Assembly (NCBI GenBank): GCA_964626665.1
Contig: CAZVGK010000002.1
Span: forward strand, 1 to 64,000
Source: an uncultured Gemmatimonadota bacterium
GTDB lineage: Bacteria; SM23-81; DAOVCL01
Direction: 5' to 3'
DNA length: 64,000 bases
The first letter of the stretch is position 1. Every line of letters begins with the position of its first letter. Of this stretch, positions 28,401-37,416 are shown piece after piece. Position numbers and translations under genes: made by a program. Under the pieces are notes generated by a model. That model saw only the letters and a list, made by a program, of their open reading frames with translations, did not search any database and was not told where the DNA came from.

Positions 28401-28487
28401 GGAGATTATAATCAACTAAACGAAGAAACAACAGGAGTGAAAAAGGCGCTCACTTCCTTTATCCGTAAGCTGAAAGCTGACTGCTGA
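28401..28487 (+). pseudogene. 3' remnant of a four-helix-bundle gene
   Basis: GDYNQLNEETTGVKKALTSFIRKLKADC*, similar to 37251-37400; runs into CTG-heptamers. Confidence 0.65.
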
Positions 28488-28516
28488 GTGCTGAAAGCTT
28501 ACATTAGAGGTAACCA

Positions 28517-29338
28517 ATGATTAATGATCTCGAGGAAAGCCTAAAACAACTTTTAATCGTCAAAGGAAAGCTGAACAGGGGTGAGATAGACATTCGGTTT
28601 GAGTCCCCGGACCGGGAGTGGGTAGGGAAACTCTCTAAACCTACTATCAACCTCTTTCTCTATGATTTACACGAGAATACGGAGTTTCGCCAGCACGATT
28701 GGATAGTGAACCGCAAGGGGGATGGCACGGCCTCCAAGCACAGGCCACCGCTCTGGATGGATTTCTCCTATCTGGCCACGGTCTGGGCCAATGCCATTGA
28801 GGATGAACACAGGCTGTTGTGGCATGTGTTGGCCGTGCTTACCCGCTTTCCCATTTTGCCCAAGGAGGTGATGCAAGGGGTATTGACCAAGATGGATCAC
28901 AAGATCCAAACCAAGACGGCCCAAACGGATGGAGCTTACAGAAGTTTAGCTGAGCTTTGGGGTTCTTTGGAGACTCAGCTCAAACCATCGGTCAACTATG
29001 TGGTTACCCTGCCGCTTGATCGGGAGGTGGAGCTGAAGGCGCCGGTAGTCGTATCCAAGAGGTTGAGGGTTGGACAGTTGGGTGAGCCTGAACTCCGCGA
29101 TGAGCTCTTTAGGGTAGGAGGGAGGGTTTATCGCCGGGGGCACCCGGAGAAGGGGGTGGGAGGAGCCCAGGTCACTATTAAGGAATATGGGCTTATTGTC
29201 ACTGCTGATGAGTTTGGTTACTTTAAACTCCCGGGGATCCCCCCCGGAGATATAACCCTGTCCGTTGCAGCTAAGGACGGAAAGGGAGTTACTAAGAGGG
29301 CGCATCTACCTGAGGAGAAGATAGATATTCCCATCTGA
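28517..29338 (+). CDS. Pvc16/Afp16-like cap protein (DUF4255) + carboxypeptidase-regulatory-like domain
   Basis: F.SPDREW, INLFLYD.HEN, PPLWMDFSYL.T.W, EDEHRLL, LWGSL...KPS.NYVVT; C-terminal G.V....GA.V...T.D..GYF.. Confidence 0.88.
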   Translation: MINDLEESLKQLLIVKGKLNRGEIDIRFESPDREWVGKLSKPTINLFLYDLHENTEFRQHDWIVNRKGDGTASKHRPPLWMDFSYLATVWANAIEDEHRLLWHVLAVLTRFPILPKEVMQGVLTKMDHKIQTKTAQTDGAYRSLAELWGSLETQLKPSVNYVVTLPLDREVELKAPVVVSKRLRVGQLGEPELRDELFRVGGRVYRRGHPEKGVGGAQVTIKEYGLIVTADEFGYFKLPGIPPGDITLSVAAKDGKGVTKRAHLPEEKIDIPI

Positions 29339-29396
29339 CTCCTCGGGTTTTTAGCCTTTTAGTTTCGTCAAAAAACAAAAGAAAGGAGGAAGGAAA

Positions 29397-30932
29397 ATGC
29401 CTCAGTATCTTTCACCTGGGGTCTATGTGGAGGAAGTGGAGAAGGGGGCAAAGCCGATTGAGGGCGTGGGCACTGCGGTAGCGGCCTTCATCGGATTTGC
29501 CGAGAAGGGCCCCATCAACCAACCGATGTTCATAGCCAACTGGAGCCAGTTTCAGAATACTTTTGGGGGTTTCCTCCCGGGAGGATATCTGGCCCATGGG
29601 GTCTATGGCTATTTCAACAACGGAGGGGGGAGTTGTTATGTAATCCGCCTTCCCTCCGGTAAAGAGGAAGCAGAGGAGAAAGCTCCCACGCTTCTGTTAA
29701 AGGGGCGAGCGGAAGGTGCCCCTCCTACCCTGAAGTTACTTGCCAAAGGTGAGCCAGAGGGAATAAGGGTGGAGATAAGCGACGGGCCGGAGGGAACCTT
29801 CAATATGAAGGTGCGTCGGGGAGTTGAGGAGGAGACCTTTGAGAACCTCAGCCTGAGCAGAGCCAAGGGAGTGCGGAATGTGGCCGATGTGGTGAACAAG
29901 GAGTCAAAATTAGTGCAGGTTGAGGTTATGGAGGCTCCAGGTTCCTTGGGAGAGCGAACGCCCTTAGCCGGTCAATTTGATTTTCTGGCCGCGCCCGCTT
30001 CCACCCAACTTGTCCTCAAAAAAGCCGAACCAGACCTCTTTGTGGGCGATGTAGCAACCAGGAAGGGAATGGGGAACTTTCAGGTCTTGGATGATGTGAC
30101 TATGGTCCTGATGCCGGACATAATGGCGGCCTATAAGGCGGGAGTCTTAGACAAGAAGGGCCTCAAGGCCATCCAGCAGGCTATGTTGGATCACTGTGAG
30201 AATATGAAGGACAGGGTGGCTATCTTAGATGTACCGCCTGATCTTACCCCTCAGGAGGTAAAGGCCTGGCGTCAGCAGGAGGCGGGCTTTGACTCCAAGT
30301 TCGGGGCGATGTATTATCCCTGGATAGAGGTTCCCGACCCCACAGGGAATGGCAATATGGTGCACATCCCCCCCTCTGGCCACATCGCCGGTATCTATGC
30401 CCGCAATGATACCACCAGGGGCGTGCACAAAGCCCCGGCAAATGAGGTGATTAGAGGGGCCGTGGGATTGGAGTGCCAGATTACCAAGAGCGAACAGGAT
30501 TCCCTTAATCCCATTGGGGTGAACTGCATCCGTGCTTTTCCGGGGAGGGGAATCCGGGTCTGGGGGGCGCGCACCGTTTCCAGCGATGCGGCCTGGAGGT
30601 ATGTCCCTGTGCGACGGCTGTTCAACTTCGTGGAGAAATCTATAGAGTTGGGTACCCAGTGGGTGGTCTTTGAACCCAACGATATGGACCTTTGGGAACG
30701 GGTCAAGCGGGATGTCACCGCCTTTCTAACCAGGGTGTGGAGGGATGGAGCCCTCTTCGGAACTACGCCATCTGAGGCTTTCTATGTTAAGTGTGATGAG
30801 GAGCTGAATACCCCGGAGGTGCGAGACGCCGGCCAGATGATCTGCGAGATAGGTATGGCCCCAGTAAAGCCTGCGGAGTTCGTCATCTTCAGGATCAGCC
30901 AATATACGGGTGGGGCAGAAGTCTCCGAATAA
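29397..30932 (+). CDS. CIS contractile sheath protein
   Basis: YLSPGVYVEEV, YFNNGG, YYPW, PPSGH.AG.YAR.D..RGVHKAPANE, LNP.GVNCIR, VWGART, WRYV.VRR, VFEPN, PVKPAEFVIFRI. Confidence 0.96.
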   Translation: MPQYLSPGVYVEEVEKGAKPIEGVGTAVAAFIGFAEKGPINQPMFIANWSQFQNTFGGFLPGGYLAHGVYGYFNNGGGSCYVIRLPSGKEEAEEKAPTLLLKGRAEGAPPTLKLLAKGEPEGIRVEISDGPEGTFNMKVRRGVEEETFENLSLSRAKGVRNVADVVNKESKLVQVEVMEAPGSLGERTPLAGQFDFLAAPASTQLVLKKAEPDLFVGDVATRKGMGNFQVLDDVTMVLMPDIMAAYKAGVLDKKGLKAIQQAMLDHCENMKDRVAILDVPPDLTPQEVKAWRQQEAGFDSKFGAMYYPWIEVPDPTGNGNMVHIPPSGHIAGIYARNDTTRGVHKAPANEVIRGAVGLECQITKSEQDSLNPIGVNCIRAFPGRGIRVWGARTVSSDAAWRYVPVRRLFNFVEKSIELGTQWVVFEPNDMDLWERVKRDVTAFLTRVWRDGALFGTTPSEAFYVKCDEELNTPEVRDAGQMICEIGMAPVKPAEFVIFRISQYTGGAEVSE

Positions 30933-30952
30933 GCCCTGAGTTCATATTCTCA

Positions 30953-31121
30953 GACAGGATTGACAGGATGAACAAGATAAATAATCTCATTCATTAAACA
31001 CTGAAAATCACTGGAATAACGACGAATTCCAAGGAAGAGAGTGACTTCTGACTTCTCAGTGGTATTCAGTGTTGTCTTGGAGAGATTGGGTCAAAGATCC
31101 TGTAAATCCTGTTATCCTGTC
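30953..31121. repeat. GACAGGATT...AATCCTGTTATCCTGTC inverted-repeat element (also 31735-31956; half copy 45473-45498)
   Basis: Same terminal repeats, different interiors; this copy holds a nested CACTGAA...TTCAGTG element related to 17663-17740. Confidence 0.75.
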
Positions 31122-31169
31122 AGAAAAGCCTGCACCGAAGGTGCACTGAGTTCATATTGTAGGAAAAAA

Positions 31170-31236
31170 TGGACGCAGATAGACGCAGATTGTCAAGATC
31201 TTTAATTTCTGCGGTTATCTGCGAAAATCTGCGTTC
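31170..31236. repeat. Empty form of the GGACGCAGAT...ATCTGCGT palindromic element
   Basis: Same arms as the outer shell of the nested element at 39842-40171. Confidence 0.75.
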
Positions 31237-31265
31237 TAACTAATGCGAGAAGGGAGGGATGACAA

Positions 31266-31706
31266 ATGGCAGATAAAGATCCTATGGCCTCGTTTAGCTT
31301 CTATGTGGAGGTACAGGGAAAATTGGTGGGCAGGTTCCAGGAGGTGAGCGGTTTGGGATCGGAGAGCGAGATCATCGATTACAAGGCCTCCGATAAGGGA
31401 GGGGCAGAGCTGATCCATAAAGTCCCGGGACGTTTGAAATGGACAGATGTCGTTCTTAAACGGGGGATCACTGACGATATGGACCTCTGGGATTGGCGAC
31501 GGGAGATTGAGGAGGGTAAGGTGGAGGGTGCGCGCCGCAACGGCTCCATCGTGATGTATGGCCAGGACAACAAAGAGGTTGCCCGCTGGAACTTTGTGAG
31601 TGGCTGGCCCTCCAAGGTCTCTGGCCCATCCCTGAGTGCCAAGACCAACGAGATCGGCATTGAGGAGTTGACCATAGTCCACGAGGGGCTCAAGCGGGCG
31701 AAATAA
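31266..31706 (+). CDS. CIS inner tube protein (T4 gp19-like, Afp1-type)
   Basis: DP...F.F.VE..G...G.FQEVSGL, K.PGRLKW..V.LKRG.T, W.W, RRNGSI, RWNF...WP.K..GP.L, IEELTI.HEG. Confidence 0.94.
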   Translation: MADKDPMASFSFYVEVQGKLVGRFQEVSGLGSESEIIDYKASDKGGAELIHKVPGRLKWTDVVLKRGITDDMDLWDWRREIEEGKVEGARRNGSIVMYGQDNKEVARWNFVSGWPSKVSGPSLSAKTNEIGIEELTIVHEGLKRAK

Positions 31707-32179
31707 CCTGATGGGCTCAGAATTTTTATTTTTAGACAGGATTGACAGGATGATCAGGATAAATAAAACTCGTCCACCAATGCTCTCCGGGTGAACTTTA
31801 CATCTATTTGAGTTGGGATGTGCGAGCTGTCTCCTGATGTCAATCAAAAGTGTGCTGTCAGGAGTTACCTCTTCCGCCAGGAATCCCGTCGGAACGGGGC
31901 TGACAGCTCTAGAAAGAGGGGATGAATAAAGATCCTGTAAATCTTGTTATCCTGTCAGAAAAGCCCGGCTGCAGGCGTTAAGTTTATAATGAAAGTTCAC
32001 CACGGAATCTCATGGAGAGGACCATCATCAATGGTCAATTGACAATTAGCGAGTTAAAATGAAATGAGGACTGAGAATCCTGAGGTGTCATTTTCCATTG
32101 ATAATTGATCATTGTTGATTGGTCATTTCTTATCTGTCCGTGGTCATTAGTGGTGAACCATAACAGTTCGAGGTAGGTA

Positions 32180-32548
32180 ATGGAGGAATTCCAGGATCAG
32201 TTTGAGTTTAACCTGCCCAGGGGATACAAGGACAGCAAGGGGAAGATCCATCGGAAGGGAATAATGAGGTTGGCCACTGCTGCCGATGAGATCCAACCCT
32301 TGCGCGATCCCCGGGTAAAGGCAAACGAGGCCTACCTGGTTGTTGTCCTTCTGGCCAGGGTAATCACGAAGTTAGGCGATCTTCCTGATGTGGATACTGG
32401 GGTGGTTGAGGGCCTCTATTCGGCCGACCTGGCCTTTCTGCAGGACTTCTATCGGAGGATAAACGAGGACGGCACAACGAAGATAACCGCCAAATGTCCC
32501 CACTGCGAGCAGGAGTTCGAGCTAGATTTGAGCCACCTGGGGGGGTAG
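32180..32548 (+). CDS. Putative CIS tail-assembly chaperone (gpG-like)
   Basis: FEF.LPRGY.D..G.IHR.G.MRLATA.DEI.PL.DPRV..N.AYL.VVLLARVI, DLAFLQDFYRRIN, CPHC; ends on G7 before TAG. Confidence 0.8.
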   Translation: MEEFQDQFEFNLPRGYKDSKGKIHRKGIMRLATAADEIQPLRDPRVKANEAYLVVVLLARVITKLGDLPDVDTGVVEGLYSADLAFLQDFYRRINEDGTTKITAKCPHCEQEFELDLSHLGG

Positions 32549-32703
32549 TTGGCTACCCCCTCTCTAACCTATACGAGGAGGTAGCTTACATCGCCTATCA
32601 CTTCCATTGGCCCCTGTCGGATATCCTGCGACTTTCCCATGCGGATAGGCGCAACTGGGCAGAGCAGATCAGCAAGATCAATCAGAGGTTAAGGGAAGCG
32701 TAG
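32545..32703 (+). CDS. DUF6760-like domain (gpT-like), probably reached by -1 frameshift
   Basis: YP...LYEEVAYIAYHFHW....IL.L.H.DRR.W..QIS.IN in -1 frame; no start codon after the upstream stop. Confidence 0.75.
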   Translation, partial: VVGYPLSNLYEEVAYIAYHFHWPLSDILRLSHADRRNWAEQISKINQRLREA

Positions 32704-32836
32704 AGACGTATGGCCATACGCCGTAGGCAGGGTATCAGCGAATCAGAATATCAGGAATAGGGGTTAGATATCAACCTTCAGTCCTCAAGAGTTAAGGGCT
32801 GACCGCTGAGAGCCAAACACTACGAGGTGGGTAATT

Positions 32837-33121
32837 ATGATGGGGCTAAATGCGGCCCAATGGGCCCAATCCGTGGTTGGGTCTTATCAATCGACCAGGG
32901 GATACTTTAACTTTGGTACTCTGCAACGGCAGGTGGAGGTTGAGAGGGGAGGGACAGAGCCCTTGGAGGCTGAGGCTATGGCTGTGGAAAGGGTATTTAG
33001 GGAAGAGGAGGAGGGTAAGTCCCCAGGCACAGATATAGGCGCATTGACCGAAAGGGTCTATCAGTTCCTGAGAAGGGAGATCAGGTTGGACAATGAACGC
33101 AGAGGAGGCGATCGCTATTGA
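32837..33121 (+). CDS. Small CIS-associated protein
   Basis: C-terminal DIGALTERVYQFLRREIRLDNERRG, similar to the end of 33561; RBS GAGGTG. Confidence 0.6.
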   Translation: MMGLNAAQWAQSVVGSYQSTRGYFNFGTLQRQVEVERGGTEPLEAEAMAVERVFREEEEGKSPGTDIGALTERVYQFLRREIRLDNERRGGDRY

Positions 33122-33564
33122 AAGGAACTGCCACTGGCAAGAGGCCACAGTATTTTGCTACTCACCGCTTCTCGGTGGAGATAGAAGGCTTAGTGGAGGC
33201 CATCTTTACTGAGGTCACTGGGTTAGAGGGGGAGATGGAGGAGTTTACCTACCTGGAAGGAGGAGCCAACGATATGGTCCATCACCTTCCGGTGAGGGTG
33301 AAGTATCCTCATCTCATCCTTAAACGAGGGATGACGGAGTCCGGTGGCCTCTGGGAATGGCACAAGAAAGCCCAGACCGGCAAGATAGAAAGGAAGAATA
33401 TCTCAGTCTTTCTCTATGGGCCCGCTGGGGAGAGGGTTCATCAATGGAATTTCTTTCGCGCCTTTCCGGTGAAGTGGACTGGGCCCAACCTTAAAGCTGA
33501 TGGCAACGCTGTGGCCATTGAATCGCTGGAGATAGCCCACGAGGGGATGGAGATAATTAAATGA
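33118..33564 (+). CDS. Second CIS tube-like protein (Afp5-type)
   Basis: F.VEIEG...A.F.EV.GL, Y.EGG.N...H.LP.RVKY..L.LKRG, W.F..AFPVKWTGP.L.A....VAIESLEIAHEG; TTG start. Confidence 0.92.
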   Translation: MKGTATGKRPQYFATHRFSVEIEGLVEAIFTEVTGLEGEMEEFTYLEGGANDMVHHLPVRVKYPHLILKRGMTESGGLWEWHKKAQTGKIERKNISVFLYGPAGERVHQWNFFRAFPVKWTGPNLKADGNAVAIESLEIAHEGMEIIK

Positions 33565-35933
33565 GAACACCTAAGTTTTTTCGTAGATTTCGGTCCTCTC
33601 CTAAGGAAGTTTCAAAATCTCAGGGTAGCAAAAAGCCTAACCCCAGGTTAACTCAACCCTTTAAAGCTCCTAAACCTCTATCCGAGATGTTGCTCATTCA
33701 GCGGTGGAGGGGTTATAATAAGGGGGATTTATTGACCATCCTTCGTCATTGGCCTCTGCGTCAAGCCCCATCCCACACCATCCAGCGACAACCGCTATTC
33801 TCCCCCCTCTTCTGGAGGTCATTTGTTCCCCTTCGAAGGTTTCTCCTTTCCCGTTACCCAGGGAGGTTGGGGGAAGGGGACTATGCTGCCCTTTCCCTTT
33901 CCTTTGCGGCACCCACCTCGCCCCTTTTGGATATGGTCTGGGAGGAGGGGCTAGAGGTGACGCCCACCACCTACAAGGAGTATTCCTTTCCCCCTTCCTC
34001 AAAAGCTGAAACGCCCTTGCAGGGGAGAGGACCTGTTTCCTCTTCTCCTGCCCCAGGCCGTAGAGGAGTGAAGCTACCTTTGACCAAGCGGATACCTTTA
34101 CTTCTCCACCGCCTAGTAAAGGGGAAGATTTCCCCTCAGCCCGCTGGGGATCAGCCATTGGGCAAAAAGGAAGGAATTCTCCAGGAGGGGAGGGTTTCCT
34201 CCTCCACTGAGACCAAAAGGGGGATTTCCCCCAGGCTGCAGGCAAAGCTCTCCCCCAGAGGGCTAATGGGTCTGAAAAGGATTCGACGCAGGGTGAAGGG
34301 CCCATCTGAGCTTGACAAAGATAAGGGATTCTCTCAGACCCAACAGATGCCAACTGTTAGCACTCCTACAATCTTCCCTGCCGGAGTAGAAAGTGGAGAG
34401 CAAAAAGTTGGGAGGCAATCTCAGATCCCCCGCCAAGGGACATCTAAAGCTCCAAGCCAAGGGGAGATGGTTATTTCCAGGCCCCGTCCATCCGGGCGGG
34501 AACCGCCTGAAACCCCCAGGGAAGGGCCAATCTCCCCGGCAAGGTCTCCCTCATCTCCTGAGTCCATTGTGTCCCAGGAGGAATTTCAGGAGAAATCCCC
34601 GAAACCCTTCCTGGAAGGCTATTTATCTACCTCTGTCTTCAGAACCTCCCTTTGGGCTAAAAGGATCTTGGCAAGGTTTTACCCTAAATCCCATTTGGTG
34701 AGAAGAACGAAAGCAAAACCTGTGCCGAGGAAGGAGGGGGGAGTTGTCCATCACCCCGCACGGGTGGAATCTCCTAAAGGGGATAGGGAGGAGATGATCA
34801 GAGGGCGGGAAGTTCCCTTTTCACCGCCCTCGGGCGAGGAACCAACAAGGGTTGAGAAGCAGATGCTGGAGGTGATTGAGCCTTCAGCCAAAGGGGAAGG
34901 GGTTCCACCCAGGTTTGAGGGGAGGGAGGAGGCAGTTGCCCCTGGCCGGGTGAGCGTTCCACCGCCAATTGTGCCTAAAAGGCCATCCTTAGTGGCCAGA
35001 GTCTTAGTGCGGCTACATCCGAGGTACCGAAAGGCAAGGGAAAGTTCAATTAAGGGAAAGCCGATTGAAGCCTATCAAGCTCCCAAGTCTGTGGAGTTAG
35101 GGGAGGAGATCCACCATATCGGGGATGAGCTTGTGTGGCCTGAGCCAACCAGGCCCCCTCTTGGGGGGGAAATTCTGAGCAGGGTTCAGCGGAAAAGGGA
35201 GATCAGCCAAAAGGCGGAACTGGATAAGCTATCAGCCACTTTTGAACCATCTTTACTTGGTGAATCCCAATCCTCCGCGCGCCTTACGGAAGGTGTTTCT
35301 CCTCTCCCACCGGTGGAGGGACCTGTTTTCCAGGCCACCCAAGCGGCCTTCAAGGCCTTGGCCCAGGGGCCTGGTATCCCCCTTGATATGGGAGTCAAAC
35401 AGAAGTTTGAATCCTTTTTTGGGATGGGGCTGGAGGAGGTGAGGGTCCACAGTGGTGCGGCAGCAGCCGAGGTCACGGGAGGGCTGGGCGCGGCAGCCGT
35501 GACTATGGGCAGCCACATCTTTCTCTCTCCCGCCATCTCCCAAGCTTATACTCGGGAAAATATTGGACTTTTGGCCCACGAGCTCACCCATGTGGTTCAG
35601 GGGAAATCGATTAAAGCTCTGGGGAGTCCGGTTTCTGGCAAGTCAAAGGGTGGACAACCCCCAAGGTATTCTTCAGAAGCCGAGGCGTTATTTTACCCAA
35701 TGTCAGCGAAGGTCGAAGCTCAAAAGGGAAAAATCCCTCCCTTGATGGCCGCTTCCCTCCAGCGGGCTACTCCTGCTCCCTCTACGTCTGCTGTAACGGC
35801 CCAAATAGCCGGAGTCTCTTCCTCCATACCTGAAGAGGAGGGGCCAAAAGAGAACTTTGAGGAAATGGCCCTTTTGGTGTATGAGAGGATCAAAAGGAGA
35901 TTAGAGAATGAGGGGGAAAGGCTGCCTGGTTAG
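33561..35933 (+). CDS. Long Pro/Ser-rich, probably disordered protein with C-terminal DUF4157
   Basis: G.PLD..VKQKFESFFG..L..VRVH, A.A.T.G.HIF, LLAHELTHVVQ; terminal EEMALLVYERIKRRLENEGER. Confidence 0.78.
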   Translation: MRTPKFFRRFRSSPKEVSKSQGSKKPNPRLTQPFKAPKPLSEMLLIQRWRGYNKGDLLTILRHWPLRQAPSHTIQRQPLFSPLFWRSFVPLRRFLLSRYPGRLGEGDYAALSLSFAAPTSPLLDMVWEEGLEVTPTTYKEYSFPPSSKAETPLQGRGPVSSSPAPGRRGVKLPLTKRIPLLLHRLVKGKISPQPAGDQPLGKKEGILQEGRVSSSTETKRGISPRLQAKLSPRGLMGLKRIRRRVKGPSELDKDKGFSQTQQMPTVSTPTIFPAGVESGEQKVGRQSQIPRQGTSKAPSQGEMVISRPRPSGREPPETPREGPISPARSPSSPESIVSQEEFQEKSPKPFLEGYLSTSVFRTSLWAKRILARFYPKSHLVRRTKAKPVPRKEGGVVHHPARVESPKGDREEMIRGREVPFSPPSGEEPTRVEKQMLEVIEPSAKGEGVPPRFEGREEAVAPGRVSVPPPIVPKRPSLVARVLVRLHPRYRKARESSIKGKPIEAYQAPKSVELGEEIHHIGDELVWPEPTRPPLGGEILSRVQRKREISQKAELDKLSATFEPSLLGESQSSARLTEGVSPLPPVEGPVFQATQAAFKALAQGPGIPLDMGVKQKFESFFGMGLEEVRVHSGAAAAEVTGGLGAAAVTMGSHIFLSPAISQAYTRENIGLLAHELTHVVQGKSIKALGSPVSGKSKGGQPPRYSSEAEALFYPMSAKVEAQKGKIPPLMAASLQRATPAPSTSAVTAQIAGVSSSIPEEEGPKENFEEMALLVYERIKRRLENEGERLPG

Positions 35934-36127
35934 AAAATTAGCAATTAGCAATTAGCAATGTAAAACCCCTCCCAGCGAGCCGTCAGATGCCCTCATCTGA
36001 CGGCAAAGGGCGGGGAGTGGCAGAATCGGGGTTCTGCCACCTCGGTGGCGAAAATGAGCAATGAGCAATGAGCAATGCAAAATGTCCAATAGGTTTGAGT
36101 TGACAAGGTATTTCCTAAGGGGGGAGG

Positions 36128-36790
36128 ATGGCTGAATCCACATCATTAGTTAAAGGCTCCTTGGAGATGACCGAAGGGGAGAAGCTAGAGCTTGAGTTTC
36201 TCTTTAACCCCACAAAGTATTCGATTACCAAAACGAATACCTGGAAACCGAGGGAAAATGTGGGGGCGGATGTCTCTCCTTTAGAGTTTGGCGGAGGTCA
36301 ACCCAAATCCCTCACCCTCCAGCTCTTCTTCGATACCTATGAGGAGGGGAAGAATGTGCGGGATTACACGGGAATCTTAGAGAAGATGATGCAGATTGAT
36401 GAATCTCTGCGTCAAGGGAAATCAGATCGAGGTCGGCCTCCCTACTGCCGGCTCTGTTGGGGCAAAATGTTTAGCTTTATTTGCGTTATTCAAAGGTTAA
36501 AGGTAGATTACACCCTTTTTCTCCCGGATGGGACCCCTGTGCGGGCCACCGCAGATCTAACCCTAAAGCAAACCGTTGATGAAAACGAGCAGCCTCCGCA
36601 GAATCCCACCTCAGGGGGATTGCCCGGGAACCGGGTCTGGGTGGTGAAGCCCAGGGAGACCCTGGACTGGATCGCCCACAAGACCCTGGGGAATTCCTTT
36701 CGTTGGCGGGTTATCGCCCAGACCAACAACCTGTTGGACCCCTTGGCCTTGACCCTTGGGCAGAAGTTGACCATCCCGCCGAGGGAATGA
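36128..36790 (+). CDS. CIS tube initiator with LysM-like domain (Afp7-like)
   Basis: FLFNPTKYSI.K.N.W, F.GG.P..L...LFFDT, PP.C...WG, YTLF.PDGTPVRA, QNPTSGG, V...ETL..IA...LG....WR.IA..N. Confidence 0.9.
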   Translation: MAESTSLVKGSLEMTEGEKLELEFLFNPTKYSITKTNTWKPRENVGADVSPLEFGGGQPKSLTLQLFFDTYEEGKNVRDYTGILEKMMQIDESLRQGKSDRGRPPYCRLCWGKMFSFICVIQRLKVDYTLFLPDGTPVRATADLTLKQTVDENEQPPQNPTSGGLPGNRVWVVKPRETLDWIAHKTLGNSFRWRVIAQTNNLLDPLALTLGQKLTIPPRE

Positions 36791-36927
36791 TTGCGAGCTT
36801 TCAGCGGTCAGCACTCAGCTATCAGCCTTAAGTCCCTGCTCCTTGTGGATGTTACCATTCACCTCTGCTCCTTGTGGATGTTATCATCCACAAGGTGATA
36901 ACGGTAGGAGTAGGAATAAGGTTTAGG

Positions 36928-37218
36928 ATGGGCATCTTTGGCAAAAGATTTCAGGACTTAGGGTTGTTGTTTATCACGAATACCGTCTTGAATTGGTCTC
37001 GTATCTTTCACCTCAGGAGATACGCTGAGATTGTGATGGGAAGTCTTCGGTATTGTATTGAACATCAGTGGTTTAAACTGTTCGTTTATGTTCTAATGCC
37101 CAATCATATCCACCTGATTCTGAAGGTAAAGGATTATGAATACTCAAGTGCCAGGTTCTATCTTAAAGACATTGAGGATAAATACTTAAAACTCAGTGAT
37201 TTTTGTGAGTTGTTATAG
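36928..37218 (+). pseudogene. Internally deleted RAYT copy, flanked by REPs (36837-36895, 37225-37253)
   Basis: Highly similar to 27810-28364 but jumps in frame from LILKVK to DYEYSSARFY, losing ~88 codons including YIHQNP. Confidence 0.85.
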
Positions 37219-37250
37219 ATGGGCGCTGTGGATGATAACATCCACAGCGA

Positions 37251-37400
37251 GCGGGAAGTTCAGCAAGTGAACTGGAATACCATCTATTGCTTGCCCACGA
37301 TCTGGGATTCATGAAGGATTCAGATTACCATCAGCCAAACAGTGAAACGACCGAGGTGAAAAAGGTGCTCACTTCGCTTATCCGTAAGTTGAAAGCGTAG
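37251..37400 (+). pseudogene. 3' half of a four-helix-bundle gene
   Basis: AGSSASELEYHLLLAHDLGFMKDSDYHQPNSETTEVKKVLTSLIRKLKA*; compare GSLAELETHVQIAKRLDY at 43436. Confidence 0.75.
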
Positions 37401-37416
37401 ATTAGGATAAAAAGCC

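Noticed and set aside
32494-32544. ORF-track ATG start for the DUF6760-like ORF
   Set aside because: Lies 55 nt inside the upstream gene with no clear RBS; the frameshift explanation fits better.
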